A stretch of 63,757 bases of DNA, the filler included, from Octopus bimaculoides (lineage: Eukaryota), in NCBI RefSeq assembly GCF_001194135.2. It is 6 parts of 5 records of this genome, joined end to end, with 100 filler letters (N's around TTAATTAATTAA, not from the genome) between each part and the next. Parts side by side here need not be neighbours in the genome. Positions count along the whole stretch, not along the records: positions 30,823 to 55,654 come from NC_068989.1; positions 55,755 to 57,599 come from NW_026314225.1; positions 57,700 to 58,821 come from NC_068983.1; positions 58,922 to 62,236 come from NC_068986.1; 2 more parts are not named here. One strand, written 5' to 3'. Position 1 is the stretch's first letter; each line of letters opens with the position of its first letter. Positions 50,085-62,085 of this stretch are shown piece by piece. Made by a program: the position numbers and the translations under genes. Below the pieces are notes generated by a model that saw nothing but the letters and a program-made list of their open reading frames with translations, was not told the DNA's origin and ran no database searches.

Positions 50085-50724
50085 AGTGTGCAGAAATTTG
50101 AGGGAACCCGTGGAAGAGGTAGGCCCAGGAAGACCTGGGCTGAGGTGGTGAGGCAAGACCTTCATACATTGGGCCTCATCGAGGCGATGACTACTGACCG
50201 AGACCTTTGGAAATGTGCTGTGCGTGAGAAGACCCGGCAAGCCAAGTAAGATCGTTGCCAGTGCCCCTGGACTGGCTCTTGTGCGGGTGGCACATAAGAT
50301 GCACCATTTTGAGCATGGCCGTTGCCAGTACCACCTGACTGGCCTTCGTAGGATTTTCNNNNNNNNNNNNNNNNNNNNNNNNNNNNNNNNNNNNNNNNNN
50401 NNNNNNNNNNNNNNNNNNNNNNNNNNNNNNNNNNNNNNNNNNNNNNNNNNNNNNNNNNNNNNNNNNNNNNNNNNNNNNNNNNNNNNNNNNNNNNNNNNNN
50501 NNNNNNNNNNNNNNNNNNNNNNNNNNNNNNNNNNNNNCACGTAAAAGCACCTACTACACTCTCTGAGTGGTTGGCGTTAGGAAGGGCATCCAGCTGTAGA
50601 AACTCTGCCAAATTTAGATTGGAGCCTGGTGTTGCCATCCAGTTTCACCAGTCCTCAGTCAAATCGTCCAACCCATGCTAGCATGGAAAGCGGACGTTAA
50701 ATGATGATGATGATGATGATGATA
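50085..50724 (+). mobile_element. RTE LINE 3' fragment (ORF end + UTR + (TGA)n tail), with a gap; abuts a SINE A head (50725-50885, -)
   Basis: EGTRGRGRPRKTWAEVVRQDL...CAVREKTRQAK*, then the UTR shared with 39280-39850. Confidence 0.92.
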
Positions 50725-50975
50725 TACGACAGGCTTCTTTCAGTTTCCGTCTACCAAATCCACTCACAAGGCTTTGGTCGGCCCGAGGCTATAGTAGAAG
50801 ACACTTGCCCAAGGTGCCATGCAGTGGGAATGAACCAGAGACCATGTGGTTGGTAAGCAACCTACTTACCACACAGCCACTCCTTAACATTATTGTTTTT
50901 CTAAATACACTACCTTTGTTTCAATTAACTTTGAAAATCATGAAGGATTTAGTAAAATCACTTAGTCATCATTAA

Positions 50976-51164
50976 CCCTTTAAGATCAGGTGTGGCTTAT
51001 TGACACAACATGCTTTCTTCCATAGAGGATGGGTGTGGCTTATTGACACACTGCTAAATTGTGAAGAAGACAAGTGTATATAAGCCATATTTGCATTATA
51101 AGATATTTAATTATCATCTTGTATTTTTTACCCTTTTCTGGTATTTATACCTGGCTTTAAAGGA
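50976..51164. mobile_element. piggyBac-type MITE nested in a TTAA of another MITE (host about 50885-51290)
   Basis: TTAA 50972-50975 / 51165-51168; termini ccctttaagatcagg / cctggctttaaagga. The host's 3' half resembles 45255-45415. Confidence 0.75.
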
Positions 51165-52637
51165 TTAAGCTGGTGTGTGGAACAAATTAAAATTAAATTC
51201 TGATGGAAGATTTCAATTCAGATTACTTTAAAACAAAGTTTCTATCATAAAATGCAGGGCAGTCTCAGGTAGGTTGGTATATAAAGAAAAGGGGACAAAC
51301 TAAAGGAATGACAATAATCATTGATTACAGGTAGCACAATCTGAACTGATATCTCAAAACTCAGAATCTGCTTGCTACCTTTACACATTCCTTAAATATT
51401 TGACAATGTAGCTAACAGAAATTACCTTTCTACAATTCCACTTCCTCACTCAGTGATGGTTGTATTAAGAAAAAAAATCTTGATATCTATATAAAAGAAA
51501 AGTATTAAATTTCATATGCAAGCTCTCATTGTTATGAAGAAAGATAAGGTATACCATCTAAACACCACTGGAGGTGTAACGGTAACAGAAGAAAATATCG
51601 TTCTTTCACTCTTATAACAATTAAGATAATACAAAACAGACTGGGTTGGCAGAATCATTAAGACGTCAGAGAAACAAAATGCCTTGCATGTTTAGTTATT
51701 GCAATACACATTCAATGTTCAAATTCCACTGAGGTCAACTTTGCCTTTTATTTTTCATGTATGTGGCATGGGAAGAGGAGGGGGCCTTCAGTAAAATAAA
51801 GTATCCATCAAAAGACCAGTTTATGTACATAGAAAAGCACAACAACCACCAAACCATCACACTGTAAAACACGGGCTTGGTTTTGTAAATCCTGCAAATT
51901 TACATACAAACTCTAGAAGGTATACTATGTATGGAACTTCAGATAATCTCTTCTCATAAGATGGGAGCAATCACTCTACAAAATGAAGACTGGTGTGGCT
52001 CAGAAGTCTCCTTCCACTGATTCCCATATGTACATAAAACAAAGGATTACCCAGACAAGTACTGGGATCAACTTATAGTTAACATTCAGTTTAATCTCCT
52101 AAAAAAGTGAAAATAAATTACCATTAATATCCAAAGACAATTCTTCAAAGTCTAGAGAAGCACTTCTCACCATCAAGCTGATACGAGAAATTGTCTAATA
52201 AGTATTGAGTTTTGATATTTAACAACAAGAAATGTAACACAAGTCACAGCTTCTCACACTGCCTATAGACTTAATTCATGCTAAAAGATACAGCAGGCCT
52301 AAACAAAAAGTGTAGCAATAATAATAATGCACATATTCAAATGTACAACTGCACATGAATGTACAACTATTGATCTTCTGATGGGTATGAGACTGACTCA
52401 CTAGCGTATATGCACATAGCTATATAGGAGTCACATACTCACTCAGTTACACATTTAGCTACACTCATTTGACTCATGTACATACATGTGTCCTCATCAG
52501 ATCTTTCCTAGTATTTTTACCATTATACTCTAGCCAAACATTTAACCTCAATTCCGATTTCTCTTCCATATTGTTCATTCTTTTTTAATATCACATTCCT
52601 GGTTTTCCCAGTCTTTTCTAACATGTTTGTACAGTAC

Positions 52638-53720
52638 TTCATGCAAAAGACGGGGATTTTTTTGGTTTGACGGGCAACATTTGTTTTCTTAACGAAACAC
52701 TTTCAAACTTGGGACACTGGAAGAATGTGTCATATAAAACATCTTTTTCTCTTAGCCTTCTTAACAAAAATTAGTTCTTAATAAGTTATTTCATGTTAAA
52801 GTTGTCGTATTTCGGTAATTTCAACCAATCACTGATGTCTATTCAGCTGAATACAGTTAGTGCCGTAGAATATAAACAACATATTCTAACGGTGTTATAG
52901 GATCTTTTCCCTTGGATAAAATTAGTGCCGTTGTTTGTCAACAACAACTATCGGCGGTACTGTTATTTATGACATCGTTCGTGCGTTTGTACTGGTTTTA
53001 GCTTTAGNNNNNNNNNNNNNNNNNNNNNNNNNNNNNNNNNNNNNNNNNNNNNNNNNNNNNNNNNNNNNNNNNNNNNNNNNNNNNNNNNNNNNNNNNNNNN
53101 NNNNNNNNNNNNNNNNNNNNNNNNNNNNNNNNNNNNNNNNNNNNNNNNNNNNNNNNNNNNNNNNNNNNNNNNNNNNNNNNNNNNNNNNNNNNNNNNNNNN
53201 NNNNNNNNNNNNNNNNNNNNNNNNNNNNNNNNNNNNNNNNNNNNNNNNNNNNNNNNNNNNNNNNNNNNNNNNNNNNNNNNNNNNNNNNNNNNNNNNNNNN
53301 NNNNNNNNNNNNNNNNNNNNNNNNNNNNNNNNNNNNNNNNNNNNNNNNNNNNNNNNNNNNNNNNNNNNNNNNNNNNNNNNNNNNNNNNNNNNNNNNNNNN
53401 NNNNNNNNNNNNNNNNNNNNNNNNNNNNNNNNNNNNNNNNNNNNNNNNNNNNNNNNNNNNNNNNNNNNNNNNNGTTTACATTCTACGGCACTAACTGTAT
53501 TCAGCTGAATAGACGTCAGTGATTGGTTGAAATTACCGAAATACGACAACTTTTTACATGAAATAACTTCGAATACAAAAATTTGTATCTGTTCTATAAC
53601 ACAAAATATATAAGTATACAAAGTTTGAAAGTGTTTCGGTACCAAAAACACTACATAAAACATAAATGAAAAATGTTGCCCATCAAACCAAAAAGATCCC
53701 AGTACTGCATTGCGCATGAA
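52638..53720. mobile_element. Long-TIR non-autonomous DNA transposon (MITE); centre lies in a gap
   Basis: gttgtcgtatttcggtaatttcaaccaatcactga.gtctattcagctgaatacagttagtgccgtagaat (about 52800-52870) is mirrored at about 53480-53550. Outer ends tttggtttgacgggcaacattt / aaatgttgcccatcaaaccaaaa. Confidence 0.88.
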
Positions 53721-54784
53721 AAATGTCTTCTGATAGTATTCCAGTTCTTTTCGATTCGATTAGCTGCTCACCATCTATGCAATTTACCCAACATTATTAG
53801 TCTTGCATTCATACTTTTCTAATGCATGTTTCTTCATATACTTCACATCTGCAATTCCTGCTCTATCCTCTGCATCATTTCATTCAATTCACTGTGAATG
53901 GAAATTTTCATTGCCAGACGAATCATGTAGTAAGAATATTTAGCAATCACAGTTCACTAGAATATTACCTATATCATTAAAAAAATCCGACCGATCACGA
54001 TTTCGCATAGAATCGGCTCCAACAACAATTTCATCTTCAACACACTTCTTTCCAAGCCAAGCCACCACTTTATACTCAGTGCAACTAACCCCACTTAAAG
54101 CAAACAGTGGACCGAAGCTGACCCAAGCACTGGAACAACACAAAAGCAATGAACGCATGCCAAATGAGTGACATCAACAGACAGTAGCACAACCAGCAGC
54201 TAATCACAATGGACGAACAGCAACAACAAATATAAGGACCAACTAACATTTTCACTGTAGCTAAAATCACACCAAATCCAAGAACAACAATCTTCAATTT
54301 CTCTTGACATTTTGTCATTCATAGTAACAACATTTTTGTTTACATATATAAATATTTTTTTTTTATCAAAAATCTCAAATGGATTTTAGTATTCTTTATC
54401 ATAACAAACCCCAAACATGCTCAAGATATTGTTAAATCTTTTGCTAAAGGTCATCAACTGGTTACTGTTATCTAAGAAAACCCATCCTAAAGTGATCACA
54501 GTAAGTGGCTTCTACAGTTCATATTTTCATCAATTAATTTCCATCTTTTGAGAGAAAAGATTATCTAATAGTGGTATAACTACAGTTTAACACCTCTTAC
54601 TGTCCAATTTTGTTTATTCATTATTGTCTTACTGTAAATAAAATGATGATAAAATAATATGTTTTATATGACAAGAACCAGTTTTATGTGGTTGTATATT
54701 TATAAAGCAAAAGTTTCATTTAAGAAATTATAGTAGGTTTTATTTTTAAAAAATGCACAAAGAATAATGAATATAAATTGTATT

Positions 54785-55050
54785 CATCATCATCATCATC
54801 GTTTAACATCCGCTTTCCATGCTAGCATGGGTTGGACGATTTGACCAAGGACTGGTGGACCAGGTGGCTACACCAGGCTCTAATCTGATTTGGCAGAGTT
54901 TCTACAGCTGGATGCCTTTCCTAACGCCAACCACTGCAAGAGTGTAGTGAGTGTTTTTACATGCCACCGGCACAAAGGCCAGTCAGGTGGTACTGGTAAC
55001 GGCCACGCTCGAAATGGTGTATTTTACATGCCACCTGCACAGGAGCCAAT
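54785..55050 (-). mobile_element. RTE LINE 3' UTR fragment
   Basis: Same family as 37101-37530. Confidence 0.9.
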
Positions 55051-55089
55051 GCTAAGGAAAATGTTGATATATATTAAGAGACAGCAACA

Positions 55090-55132
55090 GTAACAGACAT
55101 GTTTCAGTTTAATAGAAGCTCATCAGTGATCA
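55090..55132 (-). ncRNA. Candidate minimal (Penelope-type) hammerhead ribozyme, degenerate
   Basis: Minus strand reads CTGATGA-gcttctattaaact-GAAA-CATG-TC: complete core with a palindromic stem III tetraloop, but stems I and II are weak. Confidence 0.35.
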
Positions 55133-57160
55133 GTAAAACATAGTAAACACAAAACTGCCTGATTAGCAGAGTGAGGTTTATTGCATATACAAAGACAGTT
55201 ATATGTATACTGAAATTACATAATAAATATCTAAAGTTGGACAGGTTGTACACATATAATATTTAAAGGTTGAGTATGTACAAATAGACATAACATAGCT
55301 GAATGATTAAGTTCATGGTAGAGGTCTGGAATAAGTTGCCCACATAAGTTGAATTTTCTCCATTTTGGCAAAGATTTTTCAATATTTCTTTTTACCACGC
55401 ACTACAAAATGTGGGAAAAATCTGCGATTTTTTTACCCTTCCTCAGGGGGTTTCAAATTTTGGGGCACTATGGACTTAAAAATGATAGAAGCCTTTTTTT
55501 GAAAAAAAAAATTTATATAAGTATGTATATATATATGTGTATATATAGGTATGTATATATATATGTATGTATATATATGTGTATATTTATGTATATATAT
55601 GTGTGTATGTGTGTGTGTATATATATATATATGTGTGTATGTGTGTGTGTATATNNNNNNNNNNNNNNNNNNNNNNNNNNNNNNNNNNNNNNNNNNNNTT
55701 AATTAATTAANNNNNNNNNNNNNNNNNNNNNNNNNNNNNNNNNNNNNNNNNNNNTACTCTTTCACCACAACTTTCACTCTTTCTTCCTGTTTCTGTAGTA
55801 CCTGTATTTCAAAGGCCCAGCTTTGTCACACTCTGTGCCACGCTGAATCTCCCCGAGGACTACGTTACGGGTACATATGCGTGTGAAGTACTCAGCCACT
55901 TGTACGTTAATTTCAAGAGCAGGCTGTTCCATTGATCGGATCAACTGGAACCCTTGTCGTTGTAACTGACGGAGTGCCACTATATACGTACAAATATATA
56001 TATGATGTATAACTGAGTATTGGGTTCTGTGGTTGTTGATTTTTATACTTAGTTGTAACACAGGATATATATATTAATTTCTTTCTTGTTTTTTTGTATA
56101 ATATGTAGATGTTATTTAAATATCATAAAATAATAATTAATGTATGTTTGTGCCTGCGTTTGTCCCCCCATTATCGCTTGACAACCGATGTTGATGTGTT
56201 TACGTCCCCGTAACTTAGTGGTTCGGGAAAAGAAACTGATAGACTAAGTACTAGGCTTACAAAGAATAAGTCCTGGGGTCGATTTGTTCGACTAAAGCCG
56301 GTAGTCCAACATGGCCGCAGTCAAATGACTGAAACAAGAGAATAAACGAATATATATATATTGTACATTTGTGTGTGTGTGTGTGTGTGTGTATGCATGT
56401 CTGTGTATGTGAGTGAGTGTGTGTCCGTCCTGTAGGGAATATGGTGGCGGTGGCAGTGATGATGATGATGATGATGATGATGATGANNNNNNNNNNNNNN
56501 NNNNNNNNNNNNNNNNNNNNNNNNNNNNNNNNNNNNNNNNNNNNNNNNNNNNNNNNNNNNNNNNNNNNNNNNNNNNNNNNNNNNNNNNNNNNNNNNNNNN
56601 NNNNNNNNNNNNNNNNNNNNNNNNNNNNNNNNNNNNNNNNNNNNNNNNNNNNNNNNNNNNNNNNNNNNNNNNNNNNNNNNNNNNNNNNNNNNNNNNNNNN
56701 NNNNNNNNNNNNNNNNNNNNNNNNNNNNNNNNNNNNNNNNNNNNNNNNNNNNNNNNNNNNNNNNNNNNNNNNNNNNNNNNNNNNNNNNNNNNNNNNNNNN
56801 NNNNNNNNNNNNNNNNNNNNNNNNNNNNNNNNNNNNNNNNNNNNNNNNNNNNNNNNNNNNNNNNNNNNNNNNNNNNNNNNNNNNNNNNNNNNNNNNNNNN
56901 NNNNNNNNNNNNNNNNNNNNNNNNNNNNNNNNNNNNNNNNNNNNNNNNNNNNNNNNNNNNNNNNNNNNNNNNNNNNNNNNNNNNNNNNNNNNNNNNNNNN
57001 NNNNNNNNNNNNNNNNNNNNNNNNNNNNNNNNNNNNNNNNNNNNNNNNNNNNNNNNNNNNNNNNNNNNNNNNNNNNNNNNNNNNNNNNNTGATGCCAGTA
57101 ACGGTGATAGTAGCCGTGAAGATTATGGTGGTAGAAGGGTTGTTGCTGTTGCTGTTGTTG

Positions 57161-57191
<31 letters not shown>

Positions 57192-57273
57192 CGATACTCA
57201 TTCTCTACGAATGATGTCAGCAATAATCTTCTCTACTTCTAATCCAAGATGTCTGCACACCTAACAGACACAG

Positions 57274-57288
57274 TGGCGCCATCTAGTG
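57274..57288 (-). promoter_or_regulatory. CTCF-like binding motif CACTAGATGGCGCCA
   Basis: Plus strand tggcgccatctagtg. Matches the bilaterian CTCF core consensus CC(A/G)C(C/T)AG(A/G)(G/T)GGCG(C); unique, non-repetitive context. Confidence 0.5.
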
Positions 57289-57699
57289 TCGTGTCTAGTT
57301 CTGTATGCTACAGTTTAGATTGATAAATGTTACCTCAGATAATAAAACACCTCATTTCGCCCCGACTGGGAATCGATCTCGCTTTCACTGGACAATCTGT
57401 CAACATTCTCATTACTTCGGTAGTCACATCATTTTTCATTGATGTTACATTATCACTACTACTACTACTACCACCATCATCACCACCACCTCCACTAAAA
57501 CCATCATCACCACCAACACCATACCACACCACCAACACCACCACCACTACACCATTACCACAACCATTACACCACCACTACCATCACCACGCCACCACCN
57601 NNNNNNNNNNNNNNNNNNNNNNNNNNNNNNNNNNNNNNNNNNNTTAATTAATTAANNNNNNNNNNNNNNNNNNNNNNNNNNNNNNNNNNNNNNNNNNNN

Positions 57700-57742
<43 letters not shown>

Positions 57743-58011
57743 CTATCTTACTAATAGTTAGACCGAAGGAAAAGAAATAAACATAGAGGTAAATAGACAG
57801 AAGCTTGGGCACCTAAAAATCTTCAAGCATTTAGGAGAAATAAAACATTAGGCAAATCGTTGTGACAAAAGCCTCTGACATGTGGATACTGCGCAGATTG
57901 AGCGAAATAAGCTGTTATAAAACAGGGTAACAAGACAGGGGTACTAGAAATGCTGAAATTCCAAAGACACCTATCGTCGAGAATCGCTTCCACAAAGATT
58001 TTGGATATTTT

Positions 58012-58390
58012 AGGCGCAGGAGTGGCTGTGTGGTAAGGAACTGGCTTCCTAATCACATGCTTCCGGCTTCTGTCCCACTGCGTGGCACTTGGGGCAAGTG
58101 GTCTCTTCTACTATAGCCGCAGGACGAGTAAAGCCTTGTGAGTGGATTTGGATGACGGAAACTAAAAGAAGCCCGTTGTGTGTGGGGGGTGTCTTTATGC
58201 CTGTGTTTGTCCTCCACCACTACTTGTGTGTTTACGTACCCGTAACTTAGGAGATTCGGCAAAAAGAGACCAATAGAATAAGTACCAGGCTTTAAAAGAA
58301 ACATGTCCTAGGGTAGATTTGTTCGACTAAAACTCTTTAAGGTGTTGCACCAGCATGGCTGCAGTCCAATGACTGAAACAAGTAAATGGA
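58012..58390 (+). mobile_element. Full-length SINE family A copy
   Basis: aggcgcaggagtggctgtgtggtaag head to aatgactgaaacaagtaaa tail. Other heads at 10085-10245(-), 45940-46090(-), 46400-46560(+), 62735-62862(+) and 63650-63757(+). Confidence 0.92.
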
Positions 58391-59131
58391 AGGAGATGTG
58401 CTATGAGCTACGAGTCATTACTGTAGACAATTTCTCAAAAGAATGTGTGGAAAGGAAAAGAACAAGAGGTTGTTAAAGAGGTTGGGCTGACGGCATCAAA
58501 AATGGACAGGAAACCGGAGCCTGACTGATTTTATGCACTGACTTTATGCATCCAGCATTACATAGGGAAATGGAGTCTTAGCAAACCGACACTTGGACAC
58601 AGGGAGCACACCTGGCTGAGTATATATTGTATGGCTGTGTGTATGTATGGAATTCGCTTTATAAAGGTGGGCGAAACTATGGAAAAAATATCGTGTATAA
58701 CAACTATGGCGTCTCTTCGTTTCATTCGTTTCAACGCTGATTCAGTCAGTAATATGTTTAACACAAAAAAGAAAAGAAATTAGCTCATTTGGACAGGAAA
58801 GATTAAAATCTCTCCCTCTCCNNNNNNNNNNNNNNNNNNNNNNNNNNNNNNNNNNNNNNNNNNNNTTAATTAATTAANNNNNNNNNNNNNNNNNNNNNNN
58901 NNNNNNNNNNNNNNNNNNNNNAATATATATACATATATACATATATATATCTGTATATGAATGTAGATGTGTATGCTTAAAGTAATCCTACGTTGTGTGT
59001 TTGTAAAAATAGCAATAGATGCGTGCAAATATGATACTTTGCATGTAGCAATGCGCAAGGTATGATTTATGTATATTTCCCTTTATGTCTGGCTGACTAC
59101 AAGAATCTAGATATATACACATTCATACATG

Positions 59132-59169
<38 letters not shown>

Positions 59170-60795
59170 NNNNNNNNNNNNNNNNNNNNNNNNNNNNNNN
59201 NNNNNNNNNNNNNNNNNNNNNNNNNNNNNNNNNNNNNNNNNNNNNNNNNNNNNNNNNNNNNNNNNNNNNNNNNNNNNNNNNNNNNNNNNNNNNNNNNNNN
59301 NNNNNNNNNNNNNNNNNNNNNNNNNNNNNNNNNNNNNNNNNNNNNNNNNNNNNNNNNNNNNNNNNNNNNNNNNNNNNNNNNNNNNNNNNNNNNNNNNNNN
59401 NNNNNNNNNNNNNNNNNNNNNNNNNNNNNNNNNNNNNNNNNNNNNNNNNNNNNNNNNNNNNNNNNNNNNNNNNNNNNNNNNNNNNNNNNNNNNNNNNNNN
59501 NNNNNNNNNNNNNNNNNNNNNNNNNNNNNNNNNNNNNNNNNNNNNNNNNNNNNNNNNNNNNNNNNNNNNNNNNNNNNNNNNNNNNNNNNNNNNNNNNNNN
59601 NNNNNNNNNNNNNNNNNNNNNNNNNNNNNNNNNNNNNNNNNNNNNNNNNNNNNNNNNNNNNNNNNNNNNNNNNNNNNNNNNNNNNNNNNNNNNNNNNNNN
59701 NNNNNNNNNNNNNNNNNNNNNNNNNNNNNNNNNNNNNNNNNNNNNNNNNNNNNNNNNNNNNNNNNNNNNNNNNNNNNNNNNNNNNNNNNNNNNNNNNNNN
59801 NNNNNNNNNNNNNNNNNNNNNNNNNNNNNNNNNNNNNNNNNNNNNNNNNNNNNNNNNNNNNNNNNNNNNNNNNNNNNNNNNNNNNNNNNNNNNNNNNNNN
59901 NNNNNNNNNNNNNNNNNNNNNNNNNNATATATATATATATACATCCTTGTATTAAAGTATATAGTATAGAGTATTTATGTATACATACGTTTATGTATGT
60001 GTGAATGTATGTGCGTGTGTATTTGTGCATGTTTGTGTGAGTGTTTGGGTGAATGGGTGAATGGTTTATGGAAAACTTCGATCTATACATTTTGCTTTGC
60101 CTTGATTTTCTTCTTTTTTTTTAGCTCATTAAAGAAAAAAGATATCAGTGATAATATATCAGATGATGAAGAATTATGTGACGGCAACGGGTGGTGTTGG
60201 AGAGTAAGGTGATATGGGGAGTGGAGAGTACACTGACATGATAGAGAAAGAGAGAGGGAGAGAGAGAGAGGAAGAAAAGGAGGAAGATTAAAGGTGCATA
60301 AGAAATAGAGAGATATGATAGCTAATCCTGCTGGGAAACCATTACGACAAGGGGGCACTGGGGTGGGATTTACTTTTCAAAGGGCAGGCATAAATTTATT
60401 GCTAGGTATTGTGTATCATCCTAACTAGACCACGTGAACAATTAGTAAACAACAAAACAAAAAATTGAAAAAAAATATTTATAAACGACAAAATGACGAA
60501 GATAATAAGATAAGACAGAAATTCTTAATGCCATGCCAACTTGTTAATTTATCTCTCCACCTTCTACCCCACTCTCTCCACTTTCCACCCCACTCTCTTC
60601 CCCGTCACTTCCTCTTTCTTCCTCTCTCAGTCTCTCTCCACTCTTATCTATCAATCTATCTATCTATCTACTCATCTATCTATCCGTGTTTCTGTCTCTC
60701 TCTCAGTCTCCCTGTCTCTCTGCACACACACAAACACACACACATATTTATATATATATGTATGCGAATGTATATGTATGTATATAAATATATTA

Positions 60796-60796
<1 letters not shown>

Positions 60797-60842
<46 letters not shown>

Positions 60843-60868
60843 TTATCTCTCTCTCTCTCTCTCTCTCT
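60797..60868. repeat. (ATCT)n followed by a (CT)n microsatellite at a gap edge
   Basis: Direct reading. Most N-gaps in the window are bounded by such simple repeats. Confidence 0.95.
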
Positions 60869-61402
60869 NNNNNNNNNNNNNNNNNNNNNNNNNNNNNNNN
60901 NNNNNNNNNNNNNNNNNNNNNNNNNNNNNNNNNNNNNNNNNNNNNNNNNNNNNNNNNNNNNNNNNNNNNNNNNNNNNNNNNNNNNNNNNNNNNNNNNNNN
61001 NNNNNNNNNNNNNNNNNNNNNNNNNNNNNNNNNNNNNNNNNNNNNNNNNNNNNNNNNNNNNNNNNNNNNNNNNNNNNNNNNNNNNNNNNNNNNNNNNNNN
61101 NNNNNNNNNNNNNNNNNNNNNNNNNNNNNNNNNNNNNNNNNNNNNNNNNNNNNNNNNNNNNNNNNNNNNNNNNNNNNNNNNNNNNNNNNNNNNNNNNNNN
61201 NNNNNNNNNNNNNNNNNNNNNNNNNNNNNNNNNNNNNNNNNNNNNNNNNNNNNNNNNNNNNNNNNNNNNNNNNNNNNNNNNNNNNNNNNNNNNNNNNNNN
61301 NNNNNNNNNNNNNNNNNNNNNNNNNNNNNNNNNNNNNNNNNNNNNNNNNNNNNNNNNNNNNNNNNNNNNNNNNNNNNNNNNNNNNNNNNNNNNNNNNNNN
61401 NN

Positions 61403-61436
<34 letters not shown>

Positions 61437-61727
61437 CTATGGTTTCAGTAATTTCAAATTGCCCAAATGATATTTTTCTCTTGCAAGACCCCCAACTCCA
61501 TATCAGTTTGTGTTTTTCTTTCCTTCTCTTACTTCCTCTATATGTATATGTGTCGAAGACCGCTTATCACAAACACAAATAATGATGTCAAAATTTGCGG
61601 GTCCTAAGTGTGCTCAGGTATTGTAATAACCTTAATTCAGTGTTAACACTCAGTTATTAGTATCCAAATGGCTACACCTTAAAGTGGTCACAGTGGGCGT
61701 TTATAATGTGTACATGTTTACACTGGC

Positions 61728-61782
<55 letters not shown>

Positions 61783-62052
61783 CACGCACACACATGCACG
61801 CACACACACACACATAAACACACTCTAGTGGGTAGAGAAACGAAACAAAAAGGCATTCAGCACATATAATTTGACTATTATTATTTAAGAAAAAGCCGTC
61901 TGTACCGAGGGGTCTGTGTTAGAAGATCGCAAAACTTCAAGTCACATGGAACAGAATCAAAGCGGTTCTCATGGCTTCTGACCTTAACTAATTGGAAGTG
62001 ATATCGTGTGCATATATACATATATACGTATATACGTACATACATGCATACA

Positions 62053-62085
<33 letters not shown>

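Noticed and set aside
57249-57323. ATG in caagATGtct as a first coding exon
   Set aside because: 24-codon ORF without signal or transit-peptide character, only a weak donor, and on the wrong strand for PCCA.
57823-58010. PCCA first exon or Penelope linker (AFRRNKTLG...CGYC)
   Set aside because: No donor site fitting PCCA, and the similarity to PLE is too short and stop-ridden to support.
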